The notes: generated by a model from the letters alone, not told the origin. Counted from the first letter of the stretch, positions 1 through 13,171 are shown. The stretch: DNA of 35,426 bases from a virus (IMGVR_UViG_2609460354_000004:1-35426); one strand, 5' to 3'. Numbers and translations: made by a program.

Positions 1-452
1 GAGCCTGCAGCATCAGTCGCATGGGTTGCCGCCTCACGGGCTGATGTGCTGGCATCGCTGGCTGACTTCTTCGCGGCTGCCGTGTTCTGTGCCACCGCGG
101 ACGCGTTACGCGCCACCTCTTCCACCATCAGCTCAAAACGGCGCAGTGCCTCCGGACGGGCATCATCCTCCGTCATGGCACCGAGAAAATCATTCAGCGT
201 ACCGGGTCGGGAATCTTCATACACGGTGATGGTCCCGGCATGTGACGGCGGGAATCCTTCCACCAACAGAATAACGCTGTACTGACCGTACTCAACGTCC
301 ATGCTGTAACGCCCGGCTTCATCCGGATTTTCTGAGGCCAGCGTGTTCACCACCACCGTGGTGCTGTTACGTTTTGCTTTCAGCTGGATTGTGCAGTTCT
401 GTACCGGTTTTCCTGTGCCGTCTTTCAGTACACCTGAAATCTTTACTGCCAT
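1..452 (-). CDS. stf: side tail fiber protein Stf, N-terminal part (gene runs off the window start)
   Basis: Reverse-complement translation from the ATG at 452 gives MAVKISGVLKDGTGKPVQNCTIQLKAKRNSTTVVVNTLASENPDEAGRYSMDVEYGQYSVILLVEGFPPSHAGTITVYEDS..., which matches the lambda Stf N-terminus as I recall it. It lies downstream of lom as in lambda. Not in the ORF track because no stop is in the window. Confidence 0.75.
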   Translation of the reverse strand, partial: MAVKISGVLKDGTGKPVQNCTIQLKAKRNSTTVVVNTLASENPDEAGRYSMDVEYGQYSVILLVEGFPPSHAGTITVYEDSRPGTLNDFLGAMTEDDARPEALRRFELMVEEVARNASAVAQNTAAAKKSASDASTSAREAATHATDAAG

Positions 453-462
453 ATTCACCCCA

Positions 463-490
463 CAAAAAAGCCCGCCTGAACCGGCGGGCT
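463..490 (-). terminator. rho-independent terminator downstream of lom
   Basis: Minus-strand reading gives hairpin AGCCCGCC-GGTTCA-GGCGGGCT followed by TTTTTT, located between the lom stop (517) and the stf start (452). Confidence 0.55.
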
Positions 491-516
491 GTCATAACAC
501 TGTGTTACCTGGCTAA

Positions 517-1116
517 TCAGAATTTATAACCGACACCCACGATGAAACCGTCAGTGCGCCAGTCACCACTGCCGGAGCCTTCATAAGCAATATCAATGGC
601 CACGGATTCGGTCGGGTTAAACTGCACGCCAGCCCCCCACGCCAGAGACGTGTTGCTGTGGCGACCGTCATCACTTCCGGTCAGCACATCGTGCGTTTTC
701 CCCTTGTTGTCAGTTACGCGGAGATAATCCCCGGAGAAAGTCGACACACGGCTGTAAGCCACACCCGCCATCGCATACGCGCTGAACCATTCATTCACGC
801 GCACAGACGGCCCCGCCATTACGCTGAACCAGCGGTTACGAACGGAATCTTCATGCCAGCGGGTATCGCTGTAACGGGTAAGCTGGCGATTCTTGTCTCC
901 TGCATAGCTGAATGACGTCACCATCCCCAGTGTGTCCGTAAACTCATAACGGTATTTCACGTTAATCCCGTTCAGATCATCACTGCCGGGAACGTTCGTC
1001 CGGGCATGAAGATACCCCGCGCTCAGCGTGGACTGATGTTCAGACGCCCATGCAGGCGCACCGGATACGGCCAGACAAATGGCTGCGGACAAAATGGCGG
1101 CATAAAGTTTACGCAT
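517..1116 (-). CDS. lom: Lom/Ail/PagC-family outer membrane beta-barrel protein
   Basis: 199 aa with an N-terminal signal peptide ([24 protein letters not shown]) and a C-terminal ...GVGYKF beta-barrel terminus. Sits immediately after J as lom does in lambda. GAGG ribosome-binding site upstream. Confidence 0.85.
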   Translation of the reverse strand: MRKLYAAILSAAICLAVSGAPAWASEHQSTLSAGYLHARTNVPGSDDLNGINVKYRYEFTDTLGMVTSFSYAGDKNRQLTRYSDTRWHEDSVRNRWFSVMAGPSVRVNEWFSAYAMAGVAYSRVSTFSGDYLRVTDNKGKTHDVLTGSDDGRHSNTSLAWGAGVQFNPTESVAIDIAYEGSGSGDWRTDGFIVGVGYKF

Positions 1117-1182
1117 AATTACCTCTCGCTTTTCTGCAATAAAAAAGGCGTCATTTCTGACGCCCGTTCTGGGTTATAAAAT

Positions 1183-4584
<3,402 letters not shown>

Positions 4585-4641
4585 TCACGCTCCATAAACG
4601 ACAAAACCGCCCGGAGGCGGTTTCACATAAAACATTTTGCA

Positions 4642-5289
4642 TCAGCGACCAATCACCACAACCTGACCACCATCCCCTTCGTCTGCCGTGCTGATCTCCT
4701 GAGAAACCACACGTGACCCCACGCGCATTTCACCGTACAGAACCGGCAGAACATTGCCCTGGGCAACCATGTTATCCAGTGAGGAGAAATAGGTGTTCTG
4801 TTTGCCGTTATCTGTACTGGCTGCCGTGGGCGTCCTGGCTTTCGGTGCCAGCATCTGCGCCACTCCGCCCAGGATCATACTGGCCCCTGCCGCATACATG
4901 CCCGATACAGCCGCGGCCCCCAGCCAGCCCACAGGGTTCCACCATGCCACCGCAATCAGCGCCGCCCCAAGCACCACCTGAAACACACCGCCACTTTTAG
5001 CTCCCGCCAGACGCGGCACGATGTGGATCACGGCACCATTTGCCAGCGGCTCATTAAGACGGGCAGATAATTCATTTTCGCCTGCATCACGCCCGGCAAT
5101 GCGCACCTGATACCAGCCCTCATTCAGTTTCTGACGAAACACCGGGAGCTGTGTGGCCAGTGCCCGGATGGCTTCAGCCCCCGTTTTCACACGAAGGTCG
5201 ATACGGCGACCAAATCGTTGCAAATCCCCGTAAAGGCAGATGCGTGCCATGCCCGGTGACGCCAGAGGGAGTGTGTGCGTCGCTGCCAT
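4642..5289 (-). CDS. I: tail assembly protein I
   Basis: 215 aa. MAATHTLPLASPGMARICLYGDLQRFGRRIDLRVKTGAEAIRALATQLP... and the C-terminus ...VSQEISTADEGDGGQVVVIGR match lambda gpI as recalled. Overlaps the K 3' end as in lambda. Confidence 0.9.
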   Translation of the reverse strand: MAATHTLPLASPGMARICLYGDLQRFGRRIDLRVKTGAEAIRALATQLPVFRQKLNEGWYQVRIAGRDAGENELSARLNEPLANGAVIHIVPRLAGAKSGGVFQVVLGAALIAVAWWNPVGWLGAAAVSGMYAAGASMILGGVAQMLAPKARTPTAASTDNGKQNTYFSSLDNMVAQGNVLPVLYGEMRVGSRVVSQEISTADEGDGGQVVVIGR

Positions 5290-5939
5290 TTGTCGGTGTA
5301 CCTCTCTCGTTTACTCAGTTGTTCAGGAATATGGTGCAGCAGCTCGCCGTCGCCACAGTAAATGGCGGCATGATTCGGCACCGATGAACCAAAACAGCAC
5401 AGCAGCACGTCGCCAGGCTGCGCCTCTGTCAGTGGGACACGGTAAAAACCCGTTGCCTCCATATTGTCAAGATAGAGATTCTGGCCGTGACGCCACCAGT
5501 CATCCCCGCGATGAAAATCCGGCATCTCAATTCCCGCCAGATGGTAAGCGTCCCGGAACAGCGTGTAACAGTCCGTCACCCCGTGCTCAAAGCGCCGCCC
5601 GGTGAGATGCGGCACACAGCGGAATTTATGAATCGCCCCCCGGCAGACCAGCCACCACGGCAAATCACTCTGCACCTGCAGCCGCCGGTCGGCCTCACTC
5701 AGCCAGGGCAGACCACCGGGGTGGCTGTGGACCAGCGCCACAATCTCTCCCTGCATTTCTGCACTCAGCCAGTCCTCCGGCGACATCCGGAAATACGCCT
5801 CCGGCTCACCAGAGATATTCACGCAGGGAAAATATCTTTCCCCCTCCGGTGTTCTCACCACGAAGCCGCACGACTCCGCTGGCGCACATCGCCGGGCGTG
5901 CGCCAGAATCGCTGATTCTGTCTCTGTCATGGGATTCAC
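5187..5939 (-). CDS. K: tail assembly protein K (NlpC/P60 and JAB/MPN-like)
   Basis: 250 aa with MTETESAILAHARRCAPAESCGFVV... and the HSHPGG motif, consistent with lambda gpK. Start may be the internal Met (MTETE). Confidence 0.9.
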   Translation of the reverse strand: MNPMTETESAILAHARRCAPAESCGFVVRTPEGERYFPCVNISGEPEAYFRMSPEDWLSAEMQGEIVALVHSHPGGLPWLSEADRRLQVQSDLPWWLVCRGAIHKFRCVPHLTGRRFEHGVTDCYTLFRDAYHLAGIEMPDFHRGDDWWRHGQNLYLDNMEATGFYRVPLTEAQPGDVLLCCFGSSVPNHAAIYCGDGELLHHIPEQLSKRERYTDKWQRRTHSLWRHRAWHASAFTGICNDLVAVSTFV

Positions 5940-6634
5940 TGCGAAAGTTTGTTAATGGAAAGGAAGCTGCCAAAGTTGCCGACGTTATTGCGAAACTTAC
6001 AGCCGCTCAGGCATTTGCTGCATTTATCCTTCGTGATATCGGACGTCGGCTGATCATATTCATCCGCGACCGCCGGACCGTGATAACCGCACTCGTCACC
6101 GCGATAGGTCCAGGTGCAGGTGTTGGCCAGCATGATACGTCCCGGAAAAACGGCACCGTCCGTTTCCGTCGGCGTGGACAGTACAAAAGAGGCACTCACC
6201 GCGCTCAGTTCGCTGCACTGCTCGATGCGCCAGCGGCTGATCACCTCCTGCTCCGGATCGGCGTCACTGTTTCCGTTGACGAAGTTCACCGCATCCAGAA
6301 AACGGGCGTAAACCTTACGCCGGACCACCGTTCCGCCGACCAGACTCTGCAGGTCTTCCGCCATCCCGGTGACCATGCCGTGCAGGTTAGAAACCGTCAG
6401 TGTCGGACGGGCAGCACTGCCCTTGCCATTCAGTTCAAATCCCGTCCCCTGAATGGGGTATGCCTGATACTGCCGCCCCTGCCAGGTAACCGGCTCACCT
6501 TTTTCGTTCTGCTCATTACAGAAAAAATAACGTTCACCACCGACCTCTGTCAGATCGATTTCCCAGAGCACCACCTGGGCTGACTGAGTGAGGCGTGTCG
6601 TCTCATGATGTGTTTCCTGTGGAATATCCTGCAT
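5936..6634 (-). CDS. L: tail tip protein L
   Basis: 232 aa. MQDIPQETHHETTRLTQSAQVVLWEIDLTEVGGERYFFCNEQNEKGEP... and the C-terminal Cys cluster resemble lambda gpL. Confidence 0.9.
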   Translation of the reverse strand: MQDIPQETHHETTRLTQSAQVVLWEIDLTEVGGERYFFCNEQNEKGEPVTWQGRQYQAYPIQGTGFELNGKGSAARPTLTVSNLHGMVTGMAEDLQSLVGGTVVRRKVYARFLDAVNFVNGNSDADPEQEVISRWRIEQCSELSAVSASFVLSTPTETDGAVFPGRIMLANTCTWTYRGDECGYHGPAVADEYDQPTSDITKDKCSKCLSGCKFRNNVGNFGSFLSINKLSQ

Positions 6635-6643
6635 CAGAGCCTC

Positions 6644-6973
6644 CTATGCCACGACCTGTTCAAAATCTGCCGTTATGGTTATCCACAGCGCACCCACGCT
6701 TGCCGACCATTTACGACAAACCACCCTGATCGGCTTCCAGTCATAAGGTGGCGTCCACTGAAATGCGCGGACGCCACCGTGCCGTTCCAGAAAGGCTTTT
6801 AAAGATGGGTGTTCACATTTACGAACACGTATCGTCACGCTGTAAATCGACAACTGGTTATTCAGTCCCGCCGCACGACGCTGTTCATAACCATCGCCCA
6901 GCTTCACTGTCACCACTTTCGGCTCTGATACCACATTCATATCCGGGCGCACTTTCCAGTGAAACGTCTCCAT
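6644..6973 (-). CDS. M: tail tip protein M
   Basis: 109 aa. METFHWKVRPDMNV...FQWTPPYDWKP...FEQVVA resembles lambda gpM, in the gpM position between H and L. Confidence 0.85.
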   Translation of the reverse strand: METFHWKVRPDMNVVSEPKVVTVKLGDGYEQRRAAGLNNQLSIYSVTIRVRKCEHPSLKAFLERHGGVRAFQWTPPYDWKPIRVVCRKWSASVGALWITITADFEQVVA

Positions 6974-9900
6974 TACCGATATGCTCCACTTAACCGACCA
7001 CCATCACGGGCCTGCTGTTGCATAAAGTCCGCTGCCGCTTTTTTCCCGAGGTCATAAACCACCTTCAGGGCAGCCGGACCTATCTGCCCGTTCGTGCCAT
7101 CGTTATTGATCTCGATGTTGTACTGCGGGGCAAACATCGCCATACCTGAACCACCAATATCCGCCACAACCCCCAGCTTACCGTCAGCACCACGACGCAG
7201 TGGCAGAATGGCTTCAGGTCCCGCTTCCCCCATCACACCCGCGCCTTTTGCAAAAGCAAAAAACGTCGGACGGTTAACCACCGTGCCACTGTAACGACTC
7301 AAATCAGCAGACTGATAAATCCCCCCATTGGCATTCAGGGAAAGGCTGCTGAGATCAAATCCCAGTACACTGCCAATCCCTTTTATCGATTTCATCATGG
7401 TTGCCTGCGCCAGGATTTTCGCCATATCTGACAGCACAGAAGAGGTGAAGGATTTGAAATTGAGTTTGCCGGTAGTGACAAAAGTTGCCAGGCCATTTCC
7501 CATGTTGCTGAAGGCTGACGAGAACACCTGTTCTGCTGTTCCTGCCGTATTATCTGCATCCACGGTAAAATCCTGAAATGCACGCAGGACTCCGTTTTTC
7601 CAGTTACCCTGCACAACTTCAAGCTGTTGCCAGTAACGGCGATTCTCATTCAGTTGTCGGTTCAGGCTCTCCGTCAGCGCCTGCTCGGCCTTTCTGTAGT
7701 CATCCGTGTTATATGTTCCTTTCTGCTCACTATCCCGCCTCAACTGCTCCAGCTGTTGCTGGTATTTCTGGCGAAGACTCAGTTGTACCTGATATCGCTG
7801 CCGCTGCTGATCACCCATACCCACCGTGGCGATATCCAGGTCATGTTGCTGACGCTGAGCGCGCTCTTCTTCAGCCAGTTGACTGGTCAGCTGAATTGTT
7901 TTTTTCTTCAGCTCGTTGAGTGCCGTCTGTTTCTGAAGCTCCTGCTGTTTTGCATCCAGCAGCGTCAGTGCCTGAATCAGTTCATCTTTACGGGCCAGCA
8001 CACTCTTTTCATCTGCCGTCAGTTTTTTCCCGTCCAGGTCGCTGATGCGCTGCTGCAGAGCCAGAAGCTGTTTATGCGCTTCTGTCATCCTTTCCGTGGC
8101 AATGCCTGCTGACTGTCTGGCAGCAGCAATCTGTCCTTCCACCTGTGCCTGTTGCTGACTGTACTGCAGCAATAACCGGGTGGCCTCATCATTACGGGGT
8201 TCGCGTGTTTTTTTCTTACCGGATGCCAGGGCTTTCTCGTAACGTTCATTTTCACGTTGTATCGCCGCATCCCTGACAGCCTGATCGGCGTACTGCATGG
8301 AATTAATACGCACAATTTCACGCTGATGTCGTGCTGCTTCCGTTTCATTCATCCGGTTCAGTGCAGCATTTTCAGCATTACGGCGTTTCTGTTGCTCCTG
8401 ATAACTCCGCTCTGCCTGCTCTTTTGCATCCTGCAAATCCTTCTGGCGTTTTTTCTCCTGAAGCTCGTTAAGACGCTGCTGATCGTACTCAACCTGAGAA
8501 GATGATGCCGTCCAGGGGAGTCTTTTCGCCCGCGACACTTTCTCCTGTAAAGCGGAAATCTGTTCATCCAGCGAGTCTTCACGACCAATATTCATGGCCG
8601 CATCCCAGAAACGACTCCATAAATCAGACAGATACTTCAGCGTACTGCCCAGCGCATTGAGGTTATTATCAATATCCGCAGTACGCCGACCGGTTTCCTC
8701 TGCCAGTGCAGACATGGCTATCCGTGCCGCATCACTGGACCGCCCCTGTTCCCCAAGGACGCGTATCTGCTCAAGCTGAGTGGCAGTAAGAAAATGCAGC
8801 TCATTGTCCAGAGCCTTCGCGGCATTTACAGGATCATCCTTCAGCCGCTTAAACTGATTTATGGTATCGCTGACCGACTGGCCAACCGATCGCTCCATCT
8901 GTGCGGCAGCTCTCGCCACCATACCGATATCGTTTCCACGAAATGCACCACTCCCCACCACCTGAGCCAGCGCACCGGCTGCAGCATGTTGCGTAATACC
9001 ATTCCCGGAAATAGCACGACTGAGCGTCCACAGCTGCCCGGCAGTGACTCCGGCATAATGCCCCGTCAGCGACAACTGGCGGTTAAATTCTTCCCCCTCC
9101 TTCTGACCATCATACCAGGCTTTACCCAGACCATAGACGGCCGCGACAATACCGCCAATAACCCCGCCCAGCATCATGCCTTTCGGTGACATCAGTGTGT
9201 CTATCCATCCGGCACGGTTAGCCAGCGTTATCCCGGATCCCCTCAGCGCACCTAAATTGCCGCGAGCCAGTTCACCTATCAGAACGCCTATCTCCTGGCG
9301 GGCCGCTGCACTTTTCAGACCCAGCGAATGCGTGGCTTTTCCTGCCTGCTCCATTTTGCGGATATACACTTCTGCAGCACTGCTTACCCCCAGCTGGGCA
9401 GCCTTAGCACGAAGCAACTCAGAAGAAGAAAGATTCTGGCGGGTTGCCTGCTCTTTAAGCTGACGGATAAACGCCACTTTCTGTCGGGTAGCCTCTGCCT
9501 CAGCCTGCGTAAGAACACCGGTTTTCGCAGTAACCTCAGAAATCAGCGCCAGATAATCCTGCTGACCAATCCCGCCACTGTTTCTGGCCTGTCGGATCTG
9601 CTGCTGAATACGCTGTAATTCCTGCAGTCCCGCACTGGCCTGTTTCACACTGTCAATCTGACGATAAAACGCGGCAGCCGCTTTATCCTGAGCCTCCGCC
9701 AGAGCCATGGCCTGCGCCTGTTCCTCGCGCATTTTCTGGCTCAGTGCCTCCATACGCTGGCGGGTTTGCTCCACCTCGCGGGCCATGCGTTCATGAGCCT
9801 GTGCGCTCTTCTCCACCGTCTGCGCATGGACGGATGCGGCTGTTGCAGCCGAAGAAGCCGCCTGCATTGTCTGCCGGGCGGCCTGAGTCTGACGCTCCAT

Positions 9901-10038
9901 AAAACGCTGCATACGGGCAGAAGACCGTTCTGCATCGCTGGCTGCACCATTCAGAAGGTTTTTGATACGGGGGATTTCATTTTTAAACTCTGCCGCATCA
10001 ATCCCCAAATCAATGACCAGGTTGGCTATCTGGTCCAT
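6973..10038 (-). CDS. H: tail tape measure protein H
   Basis: About 1021 aa from the likely start MDQIANLVIDLGIDAAEFKNE (the ORF track starts 10 codons earlier at 10068). Long coiled-coil Q/E/R/A-rich middle and a C-terminus ...NNDGTNGQIGPAALKVVYDLGKKAAADFMQQQARDGGRLSGAYR like lambda gpH. Confidence 0.85.
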   Translation of the reverse strand: MDQIANLVIDLGIDAAEFKNEIPRIKNLLNGAASDAERSSARMQRFMERQTQAARQTMQAASSAATAASVHAQTVEKSAQAHERMAREVEQTRQRMEALSQKMREEQAQAMALAEAQDKAAAAFYRQIDSVKQASAGLQELQRIQQQIRQARNSGGIGQQDYLALISEVTAKTGVLTQAEAEATRQKVAFIRQLKEQATRQNLSSSELLRAKAAQLGVSSAAEVYIRKMEQAGKATHSLGLKSAAARQEIGVLIGELARGNLGALRGSGITLANRAGWIDTLMSPKGMMLGGVIGGIVAAVYGLGKAWYDGQKEGEEFNRQLSLTGHYAGVTAGQLWTLSRAISGNGITQHAAAGALAQVVGSGAFRGNDIGMVARAAAQMERSVGQSVSDTINQFKRLKDDPVNAAKALDNELHFLTATQLEQIRVLGEQGRSSDAARIAMSALAEETGRRTADIDNNLNALGSTLKYLSDLWSRFWDAAMNIGREDSLDEQISALQEKVSRAKRLPWTASSSQVEYDQQRLNELQEKKRQKDLQDAKEQAERSYQEQQKRRNAENAALNRMNETEAARHQREIVRINSMQYADQAVRDAAIQRENERYEKALASGKKKTREPRNDEATRLLLQYSQQQAQVEGQIAAARQSAGIATERMTEAHKQLLALQQRISDLDGKKLTADEKSVLARKDELIQALTLLDAKQQELQKQTALNELKKKTIQLTSQLAEEERAQRQQHDLDIATVGMGDQQRQRYQVQLSLRQKYQQQLEQLRRDSEQKGTYNTDDYRKAEQALTESLNRQLNENRRYWQQLEVVQGNWKNGVLRAFQDFTVDADNTAGTAEQVFSSAFSNMGNGLATFVTTGKLNFKSFTSSVLSDMAKILAQATMMKSIKGIGSVLGFDLSSLSLNANGGIYQSADLSRYSGTVVNRPTFFAFAKGAGVMGEAGPEAILPLRRGADGKLGVVADIGGSGMAMFAPQYNIEINNDGTNGQIGPAALKVVYDLGKKAAADFMQQQARDGGRLSGAYR

Positions 10039-10339
10039 AACGCACACCTCCGGAAATACCTTCCCCAAGATGCATCAGTTCTTCGTCCGTTCGCTCCGGT
10101 ATCCCGTTCTCTTCCGGTAAAAGGCTGAAATCAGCCACCGCAGCATCACTACTGCCGGACACCATTCTCACGATCAATGCCTTCAGCGAGGCAAACTGCG
10201 CATCCATCCACACATCACTGAAGCTCTGCATCCGGAAATAATCGCCCCACTCACCAAGCTCAGTGGCCGACATTTCCGACAGCATCCGCCGCCAGTCTGC
10301 CCGCCGGAACTCCCGGGCAAGCCGCATGACAAACTGCAT
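10010..10339 (-). CDS. T: tail assembly chaperone T-like ORF, probably expressed as a G-T frameshift fusion
   Basis: 109-aa ORF in the -1 frame relative to G, overlapping the G 3' end. This frame is open for about 8 codons upstream of the G stop. Position and arrangement match lambda G/GT. Confidence 0.6.
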   Translation of the reverse strand: MQFVMRLAREFRRADWRRMLSEMSATELGEWGDYFRMQSFSDVWMDAQFASLKALIVRMVSGSSDAAVADFSLLPEENGIPERTDEELMHLGEGISGGVRYGPDSQPGH

Positions 10340-10347
10340 TTCCCGCG

Positions 10348-10737
10348 TCAGGACTTTTCCGGCGTCAGCGCCTCATGCTCATCATCCCCGGCATTATCAA
10401 TGGTCCCCATACCGCTCAGCGACAGAACCATCTCCGCCCCCGCACCCAGGGCATCATACGACCATGTTGTAATAACGGATGCGCAAAGCGTCTCTACATC
10501 CTTAGACTGATCCGCATTCCACAGTGAGCGGGAAACCAGCCAGGCATTGATATCCATCCCCATCCGCAGAAAAGCAATCTGTCGTTCAGCCTCCGGCAGT
10601 TCTCCCTCTTCGGCATCAAACTTTGCCGTTCGCTGCTGAACAAACGCCAGATATTCAATTCTCTGCAGCCCGGACAGCTCACTGAGCACCACGGACTGCT
10701 TTTCATAATTAAACGTGCCCTGTTTCAGAAACATCAT
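10348..10737 (-). CDS. G: tail assembly chaperone G
   Basis: Start taken at MMFLKQGTFNYEKQSVVLSELSGLQRIEYLAFV..., which resembles lambda gpG. The ORF track extends 13 codons further upstream across a terminator hairpin. Confidence 0.7.
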   Translation of the reverse strand: MMFLKQGTFNYEKQSVVLSELSGLQRIEYLAFVQQRTAKFDAEEGELPEAERQIAFLRMGMDINAWLVSRSLWNADQSKDVETLCASVITTWSYDALGAGAEMVLSLSGMGTIDNAGDDEHEALTPEKS

Positions 10738-10750
10738 GTTCTCTACCTGC

Positions 10751-10774
10751 AAAAAAGCCCCGGATAATCGGGGC
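10751..10774 (-). terminator. hairpin plus T-run between V and G (terminator or attenuator)
   Basis: Minus strand: GCCCCGATTATCCGGGGC followed by TTTTTT, in the 58-nt gap after the V stop. Confidence 0.4.
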
Positions 10775-10794
10775 AAATGATGAGTATCGTCCTG

Positions 10795-11538
10795 TTAACC
10801 TGCGGCGCTGACAGTCACCGTAGCCACTGCCACAAAATCGCCGTCAGAAGTCATGCCCACAATGCTGACACTGCCCTGCTTCACGCCTTTCACCGTGGCC
10901 ACAAGCCCGTTCAGGGTCACCGTGGCAGTCTGTGGATCTGTCGAATGCACACTGATCGCTTTGTCACTGGCTCCGTCAGGTTTTACTGTAAAGGTCAGCG
11001 TGGTGGTTGCTCCCACTTTTACACTGGCAGATGCCGGTGCCACCGTCAGCCCGGTAACGCCCACGGTTTCAGTGCCTTCTTCTGCCAGATACGGACGCCC
11101 CACACCGCTGATTTTCACTGTGCGGGTCATCACGTCTTTTGAGGCAATGGTTTTACCCAGTGAACTCAGCCAGCCACGGAAAACATCAACAGTACCGTTG
11201 GGATATTTGATACGAAACGCGCAGACTTCACCGGAGTCGAACAACTGAACCAGTTTTTTCTGCCCGCTGTCACCCGGACGCCAGGCCAGCGTCGCCGAAG
11301 TATCACCGACGGATTTCTGCCCCTGGGTTGTCGTTTTCCAGTCTGCATCTTCATCATCGAGATAAGTGTCATCTTCTGCATCAGCGGTCATTTCGCCAGG
11401 CTGCAGATCCTTCACCATCGCAAGACGCAGCCAGTCAGTGTCCGATAAAGGGTTCGCAAACGCATCGCCCTTGCCGGTGTACATCCAGAACGTCGTTCCC
11501 GCACCTTTCGTTTTTGCCAGTGGATTTGGTGTGGTCAT
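10795..11538 (-). CDS. V: major tail tube protein V with C-terminal Ig-like domain
   Basis: Start refined to MTTPNPLAKTKGAGTTFWMYTGKGDAFANPLSDTDW..., preceded by AAGGAGGTG. Strong resemblance to lambda gpV, including ...YLDDEDADW...NGTVDVFRGW.... Confidence 0.9.
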   Translation of the reverse strand: MTTPNPLAKTKGAGTTFWMYTGKGDAFANPLSDTDWLRLAMVKDLQPGEMTADAEDDTYLDDEDADWKTTTQGQKSVGDTSATLAWRPGDSGQKKLVQLFDSGEVCAFRIKYPNGTVDVFRGWLSSLGKTIASKDVMTRTVKISGVGRPYLAEEGTETVGVTGLTVAPASASVKVGATTTLTFTVKPDGASDKAISVHSTDPQTATVTLNGLVATVKGVKQGSVSIVGMTSDGDFVAVATVTVSAAG

Positions 11539-11548
11539 TGCCACCTCC

Positions 11549-11962
11549 TTAATTCGTGTACGTGATCTGGTACGTGATTTCCGCCATCGCCCAGGTGGCC
11601 ATCTCATTATCACGTTGATAGTTAAAACCGAGTGGGATCAGGGTGTCGATGAGTCCGGAAAGTGCCGGTACATCATTCAGGGCCGGGAAAATGGTGCTCT
11701 CCATCCACATATCCAGCTCTGAATCCGGTGCCTGTGCCCGGATGAAGACAGCAATATGCAGAACAGCCTGCCAGTCATCTTCATCCGTCATTTTTCCGGT
11801 GTACTGAGCATCACTCAGCCACACCGCCACGGCAGGCAGTTCCTGCGCATCAACAAATGCCGGAAGCCCGTCAAAAAACGTGGCGCTGTCTCCACACTGT
11901 TCCCGAAGGCGTGCCAGTACGACCTGGCGGATTTGTGTATGTCGGTTCATCGGGTCAGCCAT
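11549..11962 (-). CDS. U: tail tube terminator protein U
   Basis: 137 aa. ...ATFFDGLPAFVDAQELPAVAVWLSDAQYTG...PDSELDMWMES... resembles lambda gpU. Start may be the internal Met at about 11950. Confidence 0.8.
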   Translation of the reverse strand: MADPMNRHTQIRQVVLARLREQCGDSATFFDGLPAFVDAQELPAVAVWLSDAQYTGKMTDEDDWQAVLHIAVFIRAQAPDSELDMWMESTIFPALNDVPALSGLIDTLIPLGFNYQRDNEMATWAMAEITYQITYTN

Positions 11963-12525
11963 AACCTCAGTTGTTGTTTCAGTGCATACCCCAGCTGTTT
12001 CGGCATTTCCGCAGCAATGATGCGGTCGCGGGCATCTTCAAATGCCTGTGTCAGCGGTCCGGACAGAGGGATTTTCACCACATCAATGGGGTAACGATTT
12101 TTGCCATCAATACGCCGCATCACATGCCAGCGACCATTCGCCAGTTGCTGAATAAACGCATCCCGGAAAAGATATTTACCCACCTTCAGCACGCTGCCAC
12201 GGTACTGCAGTTTTCCACCACGCCGGGTCAGTCTGACCCGGGCGGTCCCCAGCTTAATGGCAGGCAGATTGCCCCGGTTAACGCGGATCCTGGCCGTCAT
12301 TTTTCCTGACGGACTGGCTTTAAACACCCGGACACGCTGACGTACCAGTTTCAGGGGTATCCCTTTCACCTGGTTATCTCCCGCAACGGTATTCCCGGCA
12401 ACCTGCCGGGTGGCAACCGAGACCGCTTTCTGTGCCACACGGTTTATCGCCCATGCGCTGGCCTGTGGCACCATACGGGTATCAAGGCTGTTCAGATTGC
12501 GGATGGCATTCTCAAGCCCCTTCAT
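11947..12525 (-). CDS. Z: minor tail protein Z
   Basis: 192 aa. MKGLENAIRNLNSLDTRMVPQASAWAINRV... resembles lambda gpZ, in the gpZ position. Confidence 0.8.
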   Translation of the reverse strand: MKGLENAIRNLNSLDTRMVPQASAWAINRVAQKAVSVATRQVAGNTVAGDNQVKGIPLKLVRQRVRVFKASPSGKMTARIRVNRGNLPAIKLGTARVRLTRRGGKLQYRGSVLKVGKYLFRDAFIQQLANGRWHVMRRIDGKNRYPIDVVKIPLSGPLTQAFEDARDRIIAAEMPKQLGYALKQQLRLWLTR

Positions 12526-12536
12526 CCCACACCTCT

Positions 12537-12812
12537 TTACTCAATAAAGATCATTGGCTTACCGTTAAAGCGTTCATGCCGTGTGACCGTCCAATGTTGT
12601 CCGTCATAAACAACGCGATCCCCGCGCCGTGGGCGGTATCCCGAAGAAAACACCACCAGAGAGACCGCAGGTCCGGACAGAGCATTCAGCTCTGCCAGTG
12701 TTTCTCCCGGGATCACAGTCATATCGACATCATTAATCGAGGCTGTCTTTCCCATCTTTCTGACCGTGATCGCATCCATACGCGCTGCCAGCCGGGAAAA
12801 GGGATCAGACAT
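12537..12812 (-). CDS. head-tail joining/adaptor protein (FII-like position)
   Basis: 91-aa ORF between the head module and Z. Assigned by position and size; sequence does not resemble lambda FII. Confidence 0.45.
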   Translation of the reverse strand: MSDPFSRLAARMDAITVRKMGKTASINDVDMTVIPGETLAELNALSGPAVSLVVFSSGYRPRRGDRVVYDGQHWTVTRHERFNGKPMIFIE

Positions 12813-13128
12813 TGAGTTTTACCGGCACTTCTTCTGCACTGGTTCCGGCATCTGCCCAGACAACCCCGACCAGCGGATCAGAGCCGCTGTTAGTCAGCTG
12901 AACTTTTCCGGACTTCAGATAAACCTTCTTACCCGTTTTCATGTCATCCGTTTTCAGCTTAGGCAGCATAAACACACCTTCGGTCAGGCCGTCGCCTGTT
13001 TCACCCTGTGGAATATCGGTCAGCGCCACCGCAAAAACATCACCCACCTGCACCAGGTCTCCGCTGCTGATGGCTGCACTGGCAACAATCGCCACCGTTT
13101 TTCCTTCTTCTACAAAATTCTTTGCCAT
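12805..13128 (-). CDS. small head-associated protein (possible DUF2190-like head decoration or connector)
   Basis: Start refined to MAKNFVEEGKTVAIVASAAISSGDLVQV... with a GGAGA ribosome-binding site. The longer track ORF would run through the terminator after the capsid gene. Function inferred from position only. Confidence 0.4.
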   Translation of the reverse strand: MAKNFVEEGKTVAIVASAAISSGDLVQVGDVFAVALTDIPQGETGDGLTEGVFMLPKLKTDDMKTGKKVYLKSGKVQLTNSGSDPLVGVVWADAGTSAEEVPVKLNV

Positions 13129-13171
13129 AACTGTCTCCGCACAGCCCCGTTCAGGGGCTGATTTCAGGTAC

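Noticed and set aside
26..285. Two overlapping plus-strand ORFs at the window start
   Set aside because: Antisense to the stf N-terminal coding region, which gives a clearly recognisable translation on the minus strand.
5849..6583. 244-aa plus-strand ORF
   Set aside because: Antisense to L and K, which are well supported; no ribosome-binding site or recognisable features.
7627..8112. 161-aa plus-strand ORF and other ORFs antisense within H
   Set aside because: The H tape-measure gene is repetitive, so the opposite strand yields long chance ORFs; none has a ribosome-binding site or recognisable features.
13142..13160. Hairpin CAGCCCC-GTTCA-GGGGCTG considered as a second terminator
   Set aside because: No T-run follows on either strand. 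It sits just upstream of the start of the downstream gene and may be a translational structure instead.
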